From assembly GCF_002571385.2 (NCBI RefSeq), contig NW_019217912.1:505380-569379 (forward strand): a stretch of DNA of 64,000 nt, in the 5' to 3' direction. A model generated the notes under the pieces. It saw only the letters and a list, made by a program, of their open reading frames with translations, did not search any database and was not told the DNA's origin. Within the stretch, counting starts at the first letter, position 1. Every line of letters begins with the position of its first letter. Position numbers and translations under genes: made by a program. This stretch comes from Stylophora pistillata (taxonomy: Eukaryota). Of the stretch, positions 36,410 through 50,172 are shown in pieces.

Positions 36410-37879
36410 ATGCCACGAGGACACTCAGTGGGAGATGCTCACTCCAACAACAGAGCGCGGAGTTTACGATCGGCCTGTTCTAGAGCCTCTAGTACAATAA
36501 AGCAAGTAGATTCTACCCTTGCCCTTGTGCGGTCAGACGAAAGGGTCCTCGAGGAAGATGAAACGCAGTCCTTCACTAGCTCTCACTGGGATACAGACCT
36601 CGAGGACGATGATTTCTCTGATAGCGAAGGAGATGAAGTTACTCCCGATAAGGAAACATACCTGAACTTGTGTGACTCGTTGGGAGTCATTCCCGTGACT
36701 CGATTTGGGAACGAGATCGGCCACGAGGAGATCAAGATTAACCATCGCTTTTTGAGGGAAATGGGGACAAAGGCCATTGCCTCCGTCCTGTTAGGTAACA
36801 AAACAACCTCCAAGCTACACATTGCGTCTAACGAGCTCAATATCAAAGGAGGAATTTATATGGGACAACTTCTGTCAAAGAACAGAGCTCTTACTGAGCT
36901 GAACTTGGCCGACAACAACATCAGGCGAGAAGCTATTGCCGCCATAGCAGAAGCTTTGCCGAGTAACACGGTTATTAGAAAGTTAGATTTGTCTGGAAAC
37001 GGTCTTGGGGACAAAGACGCTGAATTATTGGCCGAGGGAATTGAAAACAATAGGTCTCTTCATTGTTTGAAGCTTAGCTACAACAAGTTTTCTGAAGAGT
37101 CTGGTGTTTCTCTTGGAACTGCACTTACATATAACAATTCGCTTCTCGAGCTTAACTTAAGCTGGAATCATATTCGAAGAAGAGGAGCTGAGGCTATTTC
37201 GAAGAGTCTGAGGTATAACAACTCGCTGGAAAAGCTTGATCTCTCTTGGAATGGATTTGATGACAATGGAACTGCGGAACTTGGGGAGTCCTTAAAACGA
37301 AACTCGGCGCTCAGAGAACTCAACCTAAGCCACAATCGAATCTCGGACGAGGGAATAAAAAACATTGCGAAAGGTCTTGAGGGGAGTGAGAGCCTGGAAG
37401 TGCTAATACTCAATCATAATTTGATCTTCAATGCTTGTCAGGGAATTAATAAGCTGTTGGAAATGCTGTATAAGAATGGCGCCCCTGCGCTGAAAATCCT
37501 GGCGATTTTAGACGTAAAGCTCGATCATGATTGTGAAACTCTGCTAGCAAAAGTTTTAGAAAATCGATCAGGGCTGACTGTACATCATGGATGTAAAAAG
37601 TCCGACTGTTTCGTATCCAAAAAGAGAGAGACTAATCCATTTGACTTCCTGAAAATATATTTGGACAAAAACAAGATTCACGCGTCTGATTTGTTTAAAC
37701 GCTTGGATCCCGACTGCCAATTTCGCGATAGCTTGTCTCGAGTGGAGTTCGTCGATGGAATGAAGCGTTTGAAGGTAATGAGTGACTTCTACCTTGATAA
37801 ACTTGTGGAACTTCTTGACGAGGATGGAGATGGCGAGATCGATTACAGCGAATTTGTCAAGATGCCTCAGTCTATGTAA
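36410..37879 (+). CDS. LRRC74: LRRC74-like protein, 489 aa: RI-type 28-aa LRRs plus C-terminal EF-hand pair; intronless CDS
   Basis: WDTDLE and YLNLCDSLGVIP N-terminal motifs, ~9 LxxLxLSxN repeats at 28-aa spacing, canonical EF loop DEDGDGEIDYSE. Confidence 0.85.
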   Translation: MPRGHSVGDAHSNNRARSLRSACSRASSTIKQVDSTLALVRSDERVLEEDETQSFTSSHWDTDLEDDDFSDSEGDEVTPDKETYLNLCDSLGVIPVTRFGNEIGHEEIKINHRFLREMGTKAIASVLLGNKTTSKLHIASNELNIKGGIYMGQLLSKNRALTELNLADNNIRREAIAAIAEALPSNTVIRKLDLSGNGLGDKDAELLAEGIENNRSLHCLKLSYNKFSEESGVSLGTALTYNNSLLELNLSWNHIRRRGAEAISKSLRYNNSLEKLDLSWNGFDDNGTAELGESLKRNSALRELNLSHNRISDEGIKNIAKGLEGSESLEVLILNHNLIFNACQGINKLLEMLYKNGAPALKILAILDVKLDHDCETLLAKVLENRSGLTVHHGCKKSDCFVSKKRETNPFDFLKIYLDKNKIHASDLFKRLDPDCQFRDSLSRVEFVDGMKRLKVMSDFYLDKLVELLDEDGDGEIDYSEFVKMPQSM

Positions 37880-38946
37880 TCCATTAAAAACATCACGAGG
37901 AGCCGGACGGCTGCTTAAGCGTATCACATAATTTCAGCCAGTTCCCATCCAAACGCTTGCATTGCGAGTTTCTAAGTATCTAGGTTTGTAAAGAAACTAA
38001 GAAAAAAAAACGATTCAACTATTTTAAACACTGATGTATATAGACATATTTGGTAATTAAACTGTATATAGGAACAATAAAATGTATGCATCTTGTTAAG
38101 TGAAAACGACTTTTATACTTTTGATAAAGAAAAGGCGAAAACGCATGATTCATCACTTGATTTAAATTCCTGAGATTGTTGTTTCTTAAAAACTAAACAC
38201 ATTCCATGGTGTGATATTTCCAAGTTTTTACTGAGAAACAGAAAGGAGGAACGCAAAAGGCCTTAAAATCAAGAAACCAAAAAAAAAGCTTCAGATGTTG
38301 GTTAGAAGTCAGTGATGCTCTTGTGGTTTGAAAGTTTAATTAATGAAAGGATACAAAGAAGCTTTAAAGTCAGAAATGTCACAATTTTTTCAGTATACCA
38401 CACAGTATTAAAGATAGAAAGAAAAAATTATAGGTAACATGTTATTGTAATTTATGAGGTGTTGGGCTAGGCAACGGCGATGTATCACCAAATTTGAATC
38501 TTACGCACTCCAGATCATTTAACGGTTACATGGACATAATAAAACTAATAATGCAACTCACTGTTCACATGAGCGACTCTAGCTTCTCGAGTGCTTAGCA
38601 AAAAACCTCCCAAGTGCATCCATAACTCAATAGTGTACGCTGTGGTGTTTACCATTTGTTTTATAACATAACATTGATACATTGTAGCTAAAGAGTTCCC
38701 TTTTATTTAACAAATCTTACGTGACCAGAAAAACAATCGCGCGCGGAAAAATAGTCTTTGCATTTGCTTACGTCAGCAGCGTGCACCCATGGGCAAATGG
38801 GGGACGCTAAATTGACCAATCAGAGCGCGCGCTTTACTTTGGTTATGTTATAAATCTAATTCAGTGTCTTTCTACAAACTATTTTCATTACAGGAATACA
38901 ACATCATATTGGACGACCAAAGACAATTTCTCGAGGTAATTTAAAC

Positions 38947-41900
38947 TCAGACTACTTTTCCATTCATGGCATCTTGAACACTAAAAGATGTTTTTTCCTC
39001 GTCAGTGTTTTTCGAAGCTATGTGTTTTTTTCTTCGCTCCATAAGGAGCTGAACAAACTGGCTAGGAATAGTAATAATTCCGTCATTGTTTCGTAGGTCC
39101 ACCCACAATAGATTGGGAAAGTAATTTGGATCTTTTAACAAAGTGAAAAACTTTAACACAGCCTTCATATCAATTTGATTGCCACGTAAACCTGCGAAGA
39201 AGTAGAAATCAGAAGCAATCAAGAGGGACTTAAAGATTCCATGATGACCACTTCATTTTCTAAAATTGAAACGGTGAGCAGTTGAATGTTAGTATCATTA
39301 TGGAGAAAAAACACAATATTATTATAGCTATCGTCAATAGACAATTTCCGAATTACTTTTGGCCTCTTTTTGAAAACGAGGCCTGGTACTCAACCATTCT
39401 TCTGAAAATGAGTTTAATTTGTATGTGAATGAAAACTTATAATCATATGAAAGGATGAGCACCAGGACTCGTTTTGAAAATGAGGCCAATGGTAATTCGG
39501 AAATGGGCTATTTAGCACGGGTTTCCAAGGAAACCAGTATGGTAGCATGGCTGGCAGAAACATTTACCTATTAGAGATATTGCAATTCAAAGAAAAGTTT
39601 TTGGAAAAAATGAGAACAAACAACACATTCAACCCACAAGTGAGGTCAGACCGGAATTTGATTTCAGGTCAAATTGATGAAAGGCGACCATCTTCTCCAT
39701 TGTGTCTCCATGCACCCGAGTAAACTCTTTTAAATATTTTTTTGATAAGGAAAGAGCTCGATTACCTTTTCTCATAAAAAGTACGATGAAGCTTTCTAAT
39801 CTCAGTTTGGTTGTAATAAGTCTCTTTATAGAATGTCAATTTTTCTAAATATTCAAATATCGCAGAACGGGATTTCTGGGGGTAAGGAATAAGGGGGAAG
39901 GGCACTGTTATGCGATGACCCTTGCATATTTAGTCAGTTATCAACTCGGCAAATTTCAACAGTCTGAGCCGAAAAGGAACTAAAAAAAATTAAAACTGCG
40001 ATTAGTATCGTCTCAGACTCCAGTCCCATTTTCGGTCAATAATCTTCGTCAAAGTTTAGGCCCCTGTATAGTTTTGGTTTTGATTCGATTGTATTTGAGT
40101 GTTTCATGTTTACTATTGTCTATGTTTCCCAGGAAATTCGTTCACCTACCGATGAAATAGAGAGATTTCAGTGTCATAGTCACGTCGATCAGCTTAAAAG
40201 CATTAACATTGTCTAGCGAGCAGAATACCAGCTCTATCTTCTTAATCTTAGGACATCTGCACAAAAGTTCCGTGAGCTTCTTCATGTTTTTCCTCTTTGA
40301 CAAGTCCAAGCCATATATGCTGATGACGGACAAGTCTGATTTCGATAATGTTTCTTTGTTGGCCTTTTCAAGGTCATCCATGACGTCACTTGTTGGGTCA
40401 AAGTCAAAATGTTTGAGGAGCAGTTTGCATAACTGGCCGATTTGGCGCTCATTTCTATAGCGAAGTGCCTCCTGAAGTCTAAAAAAAAAATTTGGAAGCA
40501 AGAATTGTGTTAAAAAATTCACTTTAATAGAGTTCAACGTATATTTTTTAGGGTCAACAAGATGATAAAAAGAGATTGATGTCAAATTTACGCGTGTTAA
40601 TACTTCTTTTAGTGTTTCATCAGTACAGTGAAAAAAGGCCTAAAATTCTGCAAGTGTCTCTTTTGCGTAAAACTAAAGAAAATGAGGATGGAAAAGAATT
40701 GACGTGAAAAGGGTGAAGGAAACTCGCCCATAATTAAATAGTAAACTCTAAGACAGCAATTCGTTGTTTTCGATGGAGAATTTCACTCAACCCCTCCGTC
40801 TCGGGAAAATTCAGGACTCGCGGGAAAATAAGAGTGTTTCCCTCGGGACCATACATTAAGTGTACAAAGTTAATTGGTGAAAGTTTGTAGTTTTGGTGCA
40901 GATTGAACACCTTGTTAAATGGGAATGCGCAGACCTTACATAGTAAATGGTTTGAACGGGGGTGGGGGGGACATGTGATACTATAGTCTGATCGTTTGGA
41001 TGGGTGTAGTCCTGAGAAGGACAGTTGTCGGTAGTGGTGGCTGACGTTTCGACCACCTGAGCGACAACCCTATCACACAGTAGACCTTATGCAGGTGGCG
41101 CTGTTTTTCATGTTTGTTTCTCCATTTTTCGAGAGTAAAATGAAGCTCGTCCAGAATGCTCCTTTCAAAAATAAAAACTTGCACACACCAGATTCAGTGA
41201 AGTCGTAAGGTCAAAAACGTTTGTAATGTTATGAACGAAGTTACCGTACATTTGGTGATGGGTGATAACGATATTTTTAATGGTCTTAACGTGCACATGC
41301 AAGCACAGCAGAACTTGGACAGAAACCTATCGAGGGGATTTCAAAAGAGAATCACACCTTTTAAGCTTATGAAATTTTGTAACTGTAGACTTACCTTTGT
41401 AAGTACCGATGTGCGTCTCGATCAACAAGGAATTCATTAGCACTCAGGAGATCCGAGACGGCCAGATTACAGAGCCTTTTAGTCTTTGAACTTACCCCGA
41501 TATTTTTTGAAATCTAGAAGCAGGTGAAAAAGTTCTCTTTGACAAAAAAGCGCTTAACATTCGAATAATTAAGCAAAAAGGTCACAGATTATGAGATTTT
41601 ATCTCCCATAGAACCCTTTTGCTTGACTATAGACCACTTTCATAAATGGCTGCCGGATTAATATTTTTTTGTTTAAATTTAAATTAGCCCTACTGGCCTC
41701 GTTCTCCATTACAAAACTCAAAAGAATACATTATTCTCAAGCGAGGCCAGAAGGGCTAAAATTTAAATTTAAACAAAAGAATATTTATACGGCAGGCATT
41801 TATGAAAGTGGTCTATCGTAAAACTAAAACCAAATTACTCACAACCGCCAATGGAAATCTAGGAATGCATCATTAGCAGCCAATCAGAACTCAAGGCAAG

Positions 41901-42652
41901 AACAGGTTAACTGCCCGAGGTGCGAGAAAATGCAAGCGACCAAGTTGCAGTTAGTTTTACTTTTGAAACTGATTGCCAGTTGAGAAAGTGTCGCGATATT
42001 CCAAATAGATTGTAAGATCTAATCTATTAGCTTGATTCTCTAATGAACAATGACGGTAGCGAGCAGATTGTAATCTGCTGGCTACTGTTTAAAAAACGTC
42101 GAGAAATTTCCTAACGAATTAATTTTGGCCGTCTGCAACGGTCACGGATATCATCTTACGAAGATATCACCTCTTTGCTACGTTTTTATTTAGACATTTA
42201 ACATCAAAAACAAAATATGTTGTTTTTACCATTGCACTAACGAATGCCGATCAGCATTTGATCAGCGTAATCATGTTTTCAAAGCGCACTGTTGTTCATA
42301 TAAACTATTAAAGGAATGATTTTATTGCATTGCAGTGTCTGATTCATTTGTTCGCAAAGTTGGCGAAAGAATTAAATGCGGGTTGATATGATAAAAAGTA
42401 ACCGTTTAACAGGTCAAACCTGAATATTTTAACTTTCTTTTGCGCGACAGCTTCTATAGCAGTATGCGGTTACTGTTTATTCGCGATGAACAAATCTAAG
42501 CTTACCTCTTTAAATACATTTATCGCTTGTCCAAATATTCCTTTTTGAGAGAGCCGAGCAATTTGTCTTACGTAGAGAGCGCGCAGCTGGTAAGGCTGGA
42601 GTTTATCATGAGCTGAGTTCGATGAGCAGCAAAACATTGTGGAAATTTTCAT
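38947..42652 (-). CDS. LRRC75: LRRC75 (FAM211)-like protein, 279 aa (exons 42652-42506, 41513-41395, 40478-40150, 39191-38947)
   Basis: All introns GT-AG with compatible phases (0,2,1). QPYQLRALYVRQIARLSQKG and LKDPNYFPNLLWVDLRNNDGIITIPSQFVQLLMER resemble the LRRC75A motifs as I recall them (PPYHRRV...; LKDPSKFPNVTWIDLGNN). Confidence 0.88.
39336..39512. mobile_element. Palindromic MITE (intronic)
   Basis: AATAGACAATTTCCGAATTAC...GTAATTCGGAAATGGGCTATT inverted ends; inner GGCCTC/GAGGCC arms. Confidence 0.75.
40940..41063 (-). mobile_element. Diverged Penelope pLTR fragment, same family as 14899-15647
   Basis: GTAAATGGTTTGAAC...GTAGTCCTGAGAAGGAC...CTGACGTTTCGAC; truncated before the CUGANGA core. 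Confidence 0.8.
41629..41816. mobile_element. Palindromic MITE (intronic)
   Basis: ATAGACCACTTTCATAAATG / CATTTATGAAAGTGGTCTAT with ~70-bp arms. Confidence 0.8.
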
Positions 42653-43719
42653 ATCTGATATTCCATTTCTACTGAAAATCGTTTTTCTAGAGCAGCGCAA
42701 GGCGAACTTTCGTCACAATGTTCAAATATGCGCGCGTGGACTTGGCAAGGTTTAAGCGCGCGCAAAGGTATTGGTGAGTTATCTTGATATATGATAAGCC
42801 GAAGGCCTGTCAGAGTCCAGCAAGACCCTGAAAATAATCGCAAATATTTCGATTGGAAAACAAGCTGACATGCAAGTATCGATTAGTAGAATAACATGTT
42901 GGTGTCGTCCATTTTTTTTTTGGGGGGGGGGGGGTTTAATGCACGCTATTTCAATATAGCAGGTGCGAGTTGAAGAGAAGGCCAGCGCGCGCGGTGCATA
43001 GTTCAAAACTCTCTTAGCATTAAATACCGGAACCGACCTGAATGAAGTTATTGCTTTTAATGTTTACACAAAGCAAAGTATCGAATACCGAAGCCGACTT
43101 GAATGGTACCAAAACATGTCGCTCATGGAAAACTTATGCACATTTAAGAGCAACGGTGAATTGGTGTCTTCGAGAATTCTCGATTGCAGAAGAGGGGCCA
43201 TTTCAGGCTCGAGTTAACTGATTCACATGGTACATACCATACCACCAAAAGTTGATGTGTATCAGATTCGAAAGCCGCGGAGTTTGTCGGACAAATTTTG
43301 AGGTTTTCCGCAAAGTTCTAATAACTAAAGTTCTCGATAAGCAATTAAGAATAAAAACCATCGATATTAAAGAATGACGTTTCGACGGCTCGATGCCATC
43401 ATTCTCAAATTCAAATAAATACATTTGTAAGTTCTTTATATAGAAAAAGTACGTGTGAAGGTCTCCGCAAAGTTCAATTTTAATTCCGCCTCTCCCTATG
43501 CATGAAAAGGACTATTATGAGCTGATGCGAGTTATCAGAGTTCTTTCCAGTCCTGCTCTAACTCATCTGTTTGAAAAACAGTGGCATGGAATGGTTTCAT
43601 TGGATGATCTGAAATTTCCGGGAGAGTTTCTGAACTTTGTGCAGATTTTGTGCATGTTGCAGAGTTCAGATCTGGCTGGGGGAAAGTTGGAAACGAATGG
43701 CAAACTTTAAGACTTGGCT

Positions 43720-46700
43720 TTAAGAAGAAACCTCGTCATCTTCTGTAAAGGGAATAAAAATAAATAGGTATATAAGAATGATTGAATGACATCAAAGTGT
43801 ACTATAACTAATAATCTGTTCATTTTAAGCGAAAAACAAAGTTAACTTGCTTTGAATGGTTGTCTCTCTTAAAGATCTGAATTCTGCCACAGTTTGACGT
43901 TTCTGCAGCTGCTTTGTTTTTTTTCTTTTTCCTTGTATTCTCGCCCCGGCCCGATCTTCGAAAGGATCCAGGTCCTCTATCTGAAAGCAAGAGAGCAATC
44001 AAGATGAAAATTATCCAGAGATTATAAACATAATCTCTTGTACAACTACATCTACTACTGAACCGAAGTCACACTCAGCTTATGTGCGTTTGTGTCCCTT
44101 TTTCAAGGCTAATGATGAAAAACATGATAATTCAAATTTGGACGAAAATTTTGCCTTAGATCAGGCTAAGTAGGTTATCCATTCACTTGCCAAGGTATCA
44201 TGACTCTAAACATCTATAGATCATTCAAGCTGTGCTGTAGCGATGGTCAATGGTCATGAATACCTGTTTTGGTTTGTGCAGATTAATGAAGAACTGCATA
44301 TCTCCAGCTCCGTGTACTGACACCTTACCAATAAAATCAGGAAGCTTTGTAGGATCACTGAGCCTAAATTTCAAATAGAAATCAACAAACGTCGTTTTTC
44401 CCGTGAAAATGACAATTCGCTCATCGGTACGGTCGGCGGCATCCATGTCAGGTACAAAGCTCCCGCGCACAAGGAATCGAGTATTACCAAGAGGTAAGGT
44501 CAGCGGCTGCGAGCAGACCTCAGAAATGAAGCAATTGTCGGGATTTCTTGGTTGAGCATTGTCAAAGAGTGCCACTCTCAAAACAAACTGTTTCCCAGGC
44601 TCTGCAATCTCGGTCATAAGGCCTCGAAGCGATGTAGTAACGAAGTTGTTGTTGTCGTTGTCGGAGTAATGGAGTTCTCTTGAAATACAGCCTGCAATTT
44701 GCTCAACGTAGCGTGGGTTGTTGTTAGGTATTCGTCGAACAAGCTTATAAAGTCCTCCTCTTGTGATTAGAAATGAAGCAATCTTCAAACCGTTTGCAGC
44801 AGTTTTAATCTTGAGTAAAGTTTAAAATGAATTAAATTAGCTTTATGTGTATCAACAATCATAATGATAAATGGAACCGTTAATAATTCGTTACTAGTCT
44901 TAAACATAATGAAACATAACATAGTCAGGCTATCATGGCGAAGCTTTTTTACATTACAGTGGCTAGAAGTAAGACGATGCACTCAAACCAAAAAGAAAAA
45001 ATACTTAATAACCTCTCGAACCACATAAGAGATGAAAAGAGACGAGTCTTACCTCGGGTGTGCTGTAATGGTGCTTCCATAAAACCAAATCCTCATCTAA
45101 AACTTTGCTCTGCAAAACAGCTACCCTAGCGTTCTCCCTGGAAAAGAAATCTTCAAACCCATCTCCCAACAAGGGTAGGGTTAGTTGAATAGGCTTCGTG
45201 AAACGAAACTTTGACGGGCGAATGAGAACAACCGGGCTGGATGTAACATCCACCAAATTGCTTTCGTCATGATGCCTTGGATCACAGTTCTGAGGGAGAA
45301 TCCACGTGCTGTGTGACTTAGAGGAAGTTGGGGCCGGAGCTGATAGACTGTACAACTCATCTGTGCAAACTGTCTCTAATGTTACAGGAGTCTTACGGGA
45401 CACACAGCCAGCGGGGAACTTGATCTGAATTCCTGGATATTCCGTTAGCTCCACCTCACAGTCAGTGTACGGATCCAGATTTTTCGTTGACTGGGGATGC
45501 TGAGTCATTTTTATCGTAAACAATCCGCTTTTCCTGCATATGATTCTTGCCTCAGTTCTTGCTGCATTAACATGAAAGCAAAATGAGTCAATGGGTTTCC
45601 ATTTGAGATGCTTCACACCATGTCTCGCCCAGACATTGCTGCAATAAAGGCAGACCAGTTGTCCACAAGATTTTGGAGCCACACAGTTCGGCAGCCTTAA
45701 TATAAGTTCGGCAGAAGGTTCGAACACAAACTCCTTTGGATAAATTTGAATTATATCTGATACTCTCCGCTCGTTTTCTTCCAAAAATGGCTCATATTGA
45801 AGTTTGTTGATAATTCTGAACTTCACACTTGTTGTCTTTGAACTATGTACTGAAATGACAGAAGTCTTTAGTTTTACACCAAGAAAATCGTGTGATGCCT
45901 CTGCAAATCCATTCTTTCCAATTCTTATTCTGACCCAGTCACTAGAAACGGTGCTGAAAGTGAAAGTGTCAATCAATAAATCATTATCAGTTATCTTGAG
46001 AAAGAGACTTTGTTCATAACGTCATCTCTTTCTTCCCTTCACTGAGACAAAGCGATTTATTTCATTCAAGTATAACTAAAACAGTACGAGAAAAGTGATC
46101 CAGACGCGAAATATCGTTCAATTCTGAAAGAATGTGAGGAAATTGATGACAAATGAAAACATTCATACGAGGACGGTCTCTCATTATCGCGGCGCGCAAT
46201 GTAAATAAGTTGTTCTGTTTGAATTTCTATGAGCTTTTGAATGAAGAGCAGTAACCCTTAGCTCTGGACATAAACATTTCGCATTTTCTTTCATATATTC
46301 GTTGTTTAATCGTATTTATTATTTTTTTTTTAAGTATTTAGTTTTTTTCGTCAAAAAATCACATGATAACGCGAACTCTAGTCATGTTGCCAAATGTGCG
46401 ATTTAAATTCAAATTTCTGTCTGTTGTATCTGACACCTGCCAAGGCTTCCGGAGTATCTCTTGATTTTAGACTTGTCTCCTCGCGGTTAAACCGAACGCC
46501 ACTTTGCCAAAACGAAATACATTGACACAAAATTGGATCATTTATAACGCATTGCTCAAAAAATGATTTTCACATTTGTACTGATTAAAATTTTCGTCGC
46601 CAGCGAAACGAAACGAAGTGCCTCACTTCGTTTACCGGAACTGTTTTTTCAACCTCCTTTTCTTCATTGTTGCATTTAGGTTAGTTTCATATGAAAATTA

Positions 46701-47470
46701 CACTCTTCAGCATGGTGAAGGGGTCGACGGTTTAGTTGCATTAACGCTGCTTCAGTTGAATCGATTCTAAAATCGAAAGCTAACATATTTTACCGAAATT
46801 AACCAAGCACGATGAATTTCTCTTTTCTCATGGTCGATAAGTTTTATTTGCGGAAAAGTGCCCTTTGTATGTGCATGTTGCCAGTGTTCATATAGTTTTG
46901 AAAATAGTTCGTGTAAACTTTGATCATTGGACCAAAGACAATTTGATGTTGCCTTCTTTTGAAAAGCATGCAGCATATTCAGTGCTGATAGCGAAGAAAA
47001 CCGAATATGAATTATCAAGTCCTCGCTAAACAGGCTGCAGGCCGACTTCCACGAGGTCATGTTTTGCTATTTATTATTAGTTATGACTGAGTGGGTCTTC
47101 AAAAGATTCGAATAAACTCAACTAGGTACAAAAAATCGTCAATGTACTGAGAAAACTTCGCCCCTTGGTAACGAACTCAGTTGTTCACTCCGGGAAAAAA
47201 GGTTTCACTGCCACAAGTGAACGATGACCGAATTAAATACACATGTTTCGGTGCGTCGAATTCCTTTTTGGAAATGAATTCAAAAAATCACCCCAGGAAA
47301 AAAAGAAAGGGTGATATTTTTTGCGAAATACAAGGACGAATTAACGTTCACATGTCAACTCAAGCTATTCAAACAACAGCAAGGTACCTGAATGTGGGCT
47401 TCATGGAGCTGTTATCTCCATCCAATATCAATTTACTTATGATTTGTTTTGACTTGTTCCTCCACTCCAT
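43720..47470 (-). CDS. ZU5-ZU5-UPA-like protein, ~560 aa (exons 47470-47388, 45953-45053, 44809-44264, 43980-43851, 43742-43720); DTHD1/PIDD/ankyrin-type module
   Basis: ENERRVSDIIQIYP...F...LRLP and PGIQIKFPAGCV...SSPVVLIRPSKFRFTKPIQLTLPL are ZU5 signatures. First three junctions are phase-compatible GT-AG. The last intron needs a GC donor, and the start exon is uncertain. Confidence 0.75.
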
Positions 47471-48555
47471 AACAACCACATCAATCAAGGTGTTGTTTGC
47501 TAAAGATGTTTCGCTTCTCGATGCGTTAATTGTGTGCAATTGGAGGAGAAGGTGATTCATCAAATGTCAACTTTAAAAAATGGAAATTGAACTTTGGTTT
47601 CAGCTTCCGCTGGGAATTAGACGTATTGTGAGAGCAGGATTAGTAAAAGTGCTTCGCTCACATGGAAAACTTATTGCTTTCATTGTTTAATCAAAGGTGC
47701 CTTTAATACACAAAGCAGCATATTTGGGTTGTTCATATAATTTATAAGGGAGAAAAGGCATAAAGATTGCTTTTTTTCCGATGAACTAAGGTTGCCTCTC
47801 GATAACCAAACAGCCATATTTGTTGAGTTGTTGGCTTTCATCACTGATAGAACACGAAAAAGGATGACAACTATTTATTATTTTTCTCACAACCGATCGA
47901 AATGTTATTAAGATCTTTGCAGAGAAACTTCATCGGCATCTACAAAGGTTTCCAATTTCACATGTGTTTGTCACTTTTGAATAGCTACAATAAAAAAAGT
48001 ATTGCTCACGCTTGCTTCGATAATGCATTGCTCAAACAGTTTGAATATTTCAAAGTATACATGGGAACGCTACTTGTTTAAAAATGCTTAACATGTAAAA
48101 AGCTGGTTGAAGTAATAGCTAAGCCTTCTTTCACGAATATGCACGCTACTTTCATGCAAGAAATAGAATCAAAGAGTAGTCAATTCTTAAAGAGGGGAGA
48201 TAGCTAAAAGTCAAGCATAGCTGTTTCGACAGCGATTACTGTGCCTCAGTGTTCCCTCTGGTCTCGTTTTCCCCGCGAAGTACTGGAAGAGGGTCAAAAT
48301 GCGGTTTTACGGCTAACAGTTGAAACTTGACTATTTACGACTATCGATTAATTTCGTTCCTTAGTTGTTAAAAGAGAAATTTTGCTGTAAAATTTTTCTT
48401 ACCACCAAAGTTTAAAATTCGTCAATCTTTACGCCTAACGGCTTATTTTTTTACGCTGTTCTATGATAAACGATAAACCCCATTGATACCCTCGATCCAC
48501 CCTGGAGGGATGGGCGCGGCGAATTTTTGAAAAATTCCAACCAGCAATACACACA

Positions 48556-49440
48556 CAGCGGCCTCAAAAATAAACGTAGTTTACATCGCCAACTCAAGTC
48601 TGTCTAGTGAGTTGAATTCGTGTAAGTTTTCCCATGATAGTACGATTGAGAATAATCTAGAAAAAAAACTTCGACCTCATCGACCAAAATACGTACAGCC
48701 GCAGAAAGTTGACTCTCAGCTCTGTGCGACCTAATGTTTTGTTTATCAATCGGTCAAAGAGAATAGGGAAAGAAGCCACTAGAAGTCAAGATTTCTGAAT
48801 AATGATTGAATTCAAATGTTCAAATACGAACTGTTCTTATTCATAGTAATTAAAGTGAAATCCTTTTCAGTGGATACATGTAGAAGTGACGTGTAATCAA
48901 TATATTTGACGACGTGAACTAATTTATTCAAAGTATCTTTCTTCTGTGGTGATAAACCACAGGTTTTGATGGTTACTTTCGCAGATCAGAAATGCTGAAA
49001 GTGCAACGTAACAATGGATATCTAATAAAAATATTCAGTGCACGTTTCGATGTGATTTTCTATGCGAAAACACTGCACGCTGACCTTACCTAACAAGATG
49101 GCACAATAAAATGTAACATGTAGCAAAACAGATGGACATAATTACCAAGCTAATGAAATATCTCGTAAGTTATTTCTTTCCTAAAAGTAATACTTCAAAC
49201 GGTCTTCATAAGTGGCAAACACGCGAAAATTTAACAGTCTTAATTCAGTCGTTCATTGAGGGAACTTTTGAAGTTATTTTTCTCAAAGCGTTTATGAAAT
49301 CTGTCTTTAATTCTCCAATTTAAGTTGTAGGATCAAATGTAATGAAATCAAGATATAAATAAAAATGTTCAACAAATACGAGCTTTTTAGTGTAGATACA
49401 CAAACACACAAACTATAAAGTTTAGAGGGACATTAGTGAA
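48556..49440 (+). mobile_element. ~880-bp dispersed repeat, copy 1 (probable non-autonomous DNA transposon)
   Basis: Collinear, roughly 85-90% identical by eye to 58486-59372. Termini CAGCGG...GGACA(C/T)T(G/A); no TSD seen. Confidence 0.8.
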
Positions 49441-50172
49441 CCAATTTCCAAATGATCCGCAGTTATTCCGGCGCAGTAGAAAAGTTGATAGCGAAAACAC
49501 TGACAGTCAGCATCAATTTATGGCTTCGTTATATTAGCTGTTGAGAGACGATTTAATTAAAAAACAATTATACCAACGGGTAGGCGGGCAGCAAGACAGA
49601 AACCAAAGCTCAGTGAGACTAAACCTCCATATATTATAGTTAGCTATTATTTATTGCCTTTGAGGGGGTGGAGGGCTCAGAGGATTTTGAGGTGNGAGGT
49701 TTGGATGTTCGTAACACTTAAACCCGTTGCAGAATTTGTGTCAAGTGCTCGTAAAATTAAATTATATTCGGCGCATGATTCATTCTATACAATCTGCAAA
49801 GGTTTAAAGTACTTGCGGTCAATTCAAATTTCCGTTACTCAAAACATACTCAAGCATTTATTTATTGAAAAAAGTGTGTAAAATACCTACAGTTTTTTGG
49901 CAAAAATGTAAGGAAAAACCAAACACTAAGAAAAAACGAAACACTAAAACAACATTGCTCATACGGATATTTTCGTGTTCTACGGGGTAAATCTTTTCGA
50001 ATCTAATGAGGCCTGGCGGATGCTCCAGATCCTAAAATTCATTTCCAAGATATGAGTCTCACAAATATAATTATATCATTGTACCACGAGCAACCAAGGA
50101 GCTACATATTAACATGTAATCTGATATTTTTATGAACAATATGAGATTATCAAAAAACTCGCCACAACAGGC

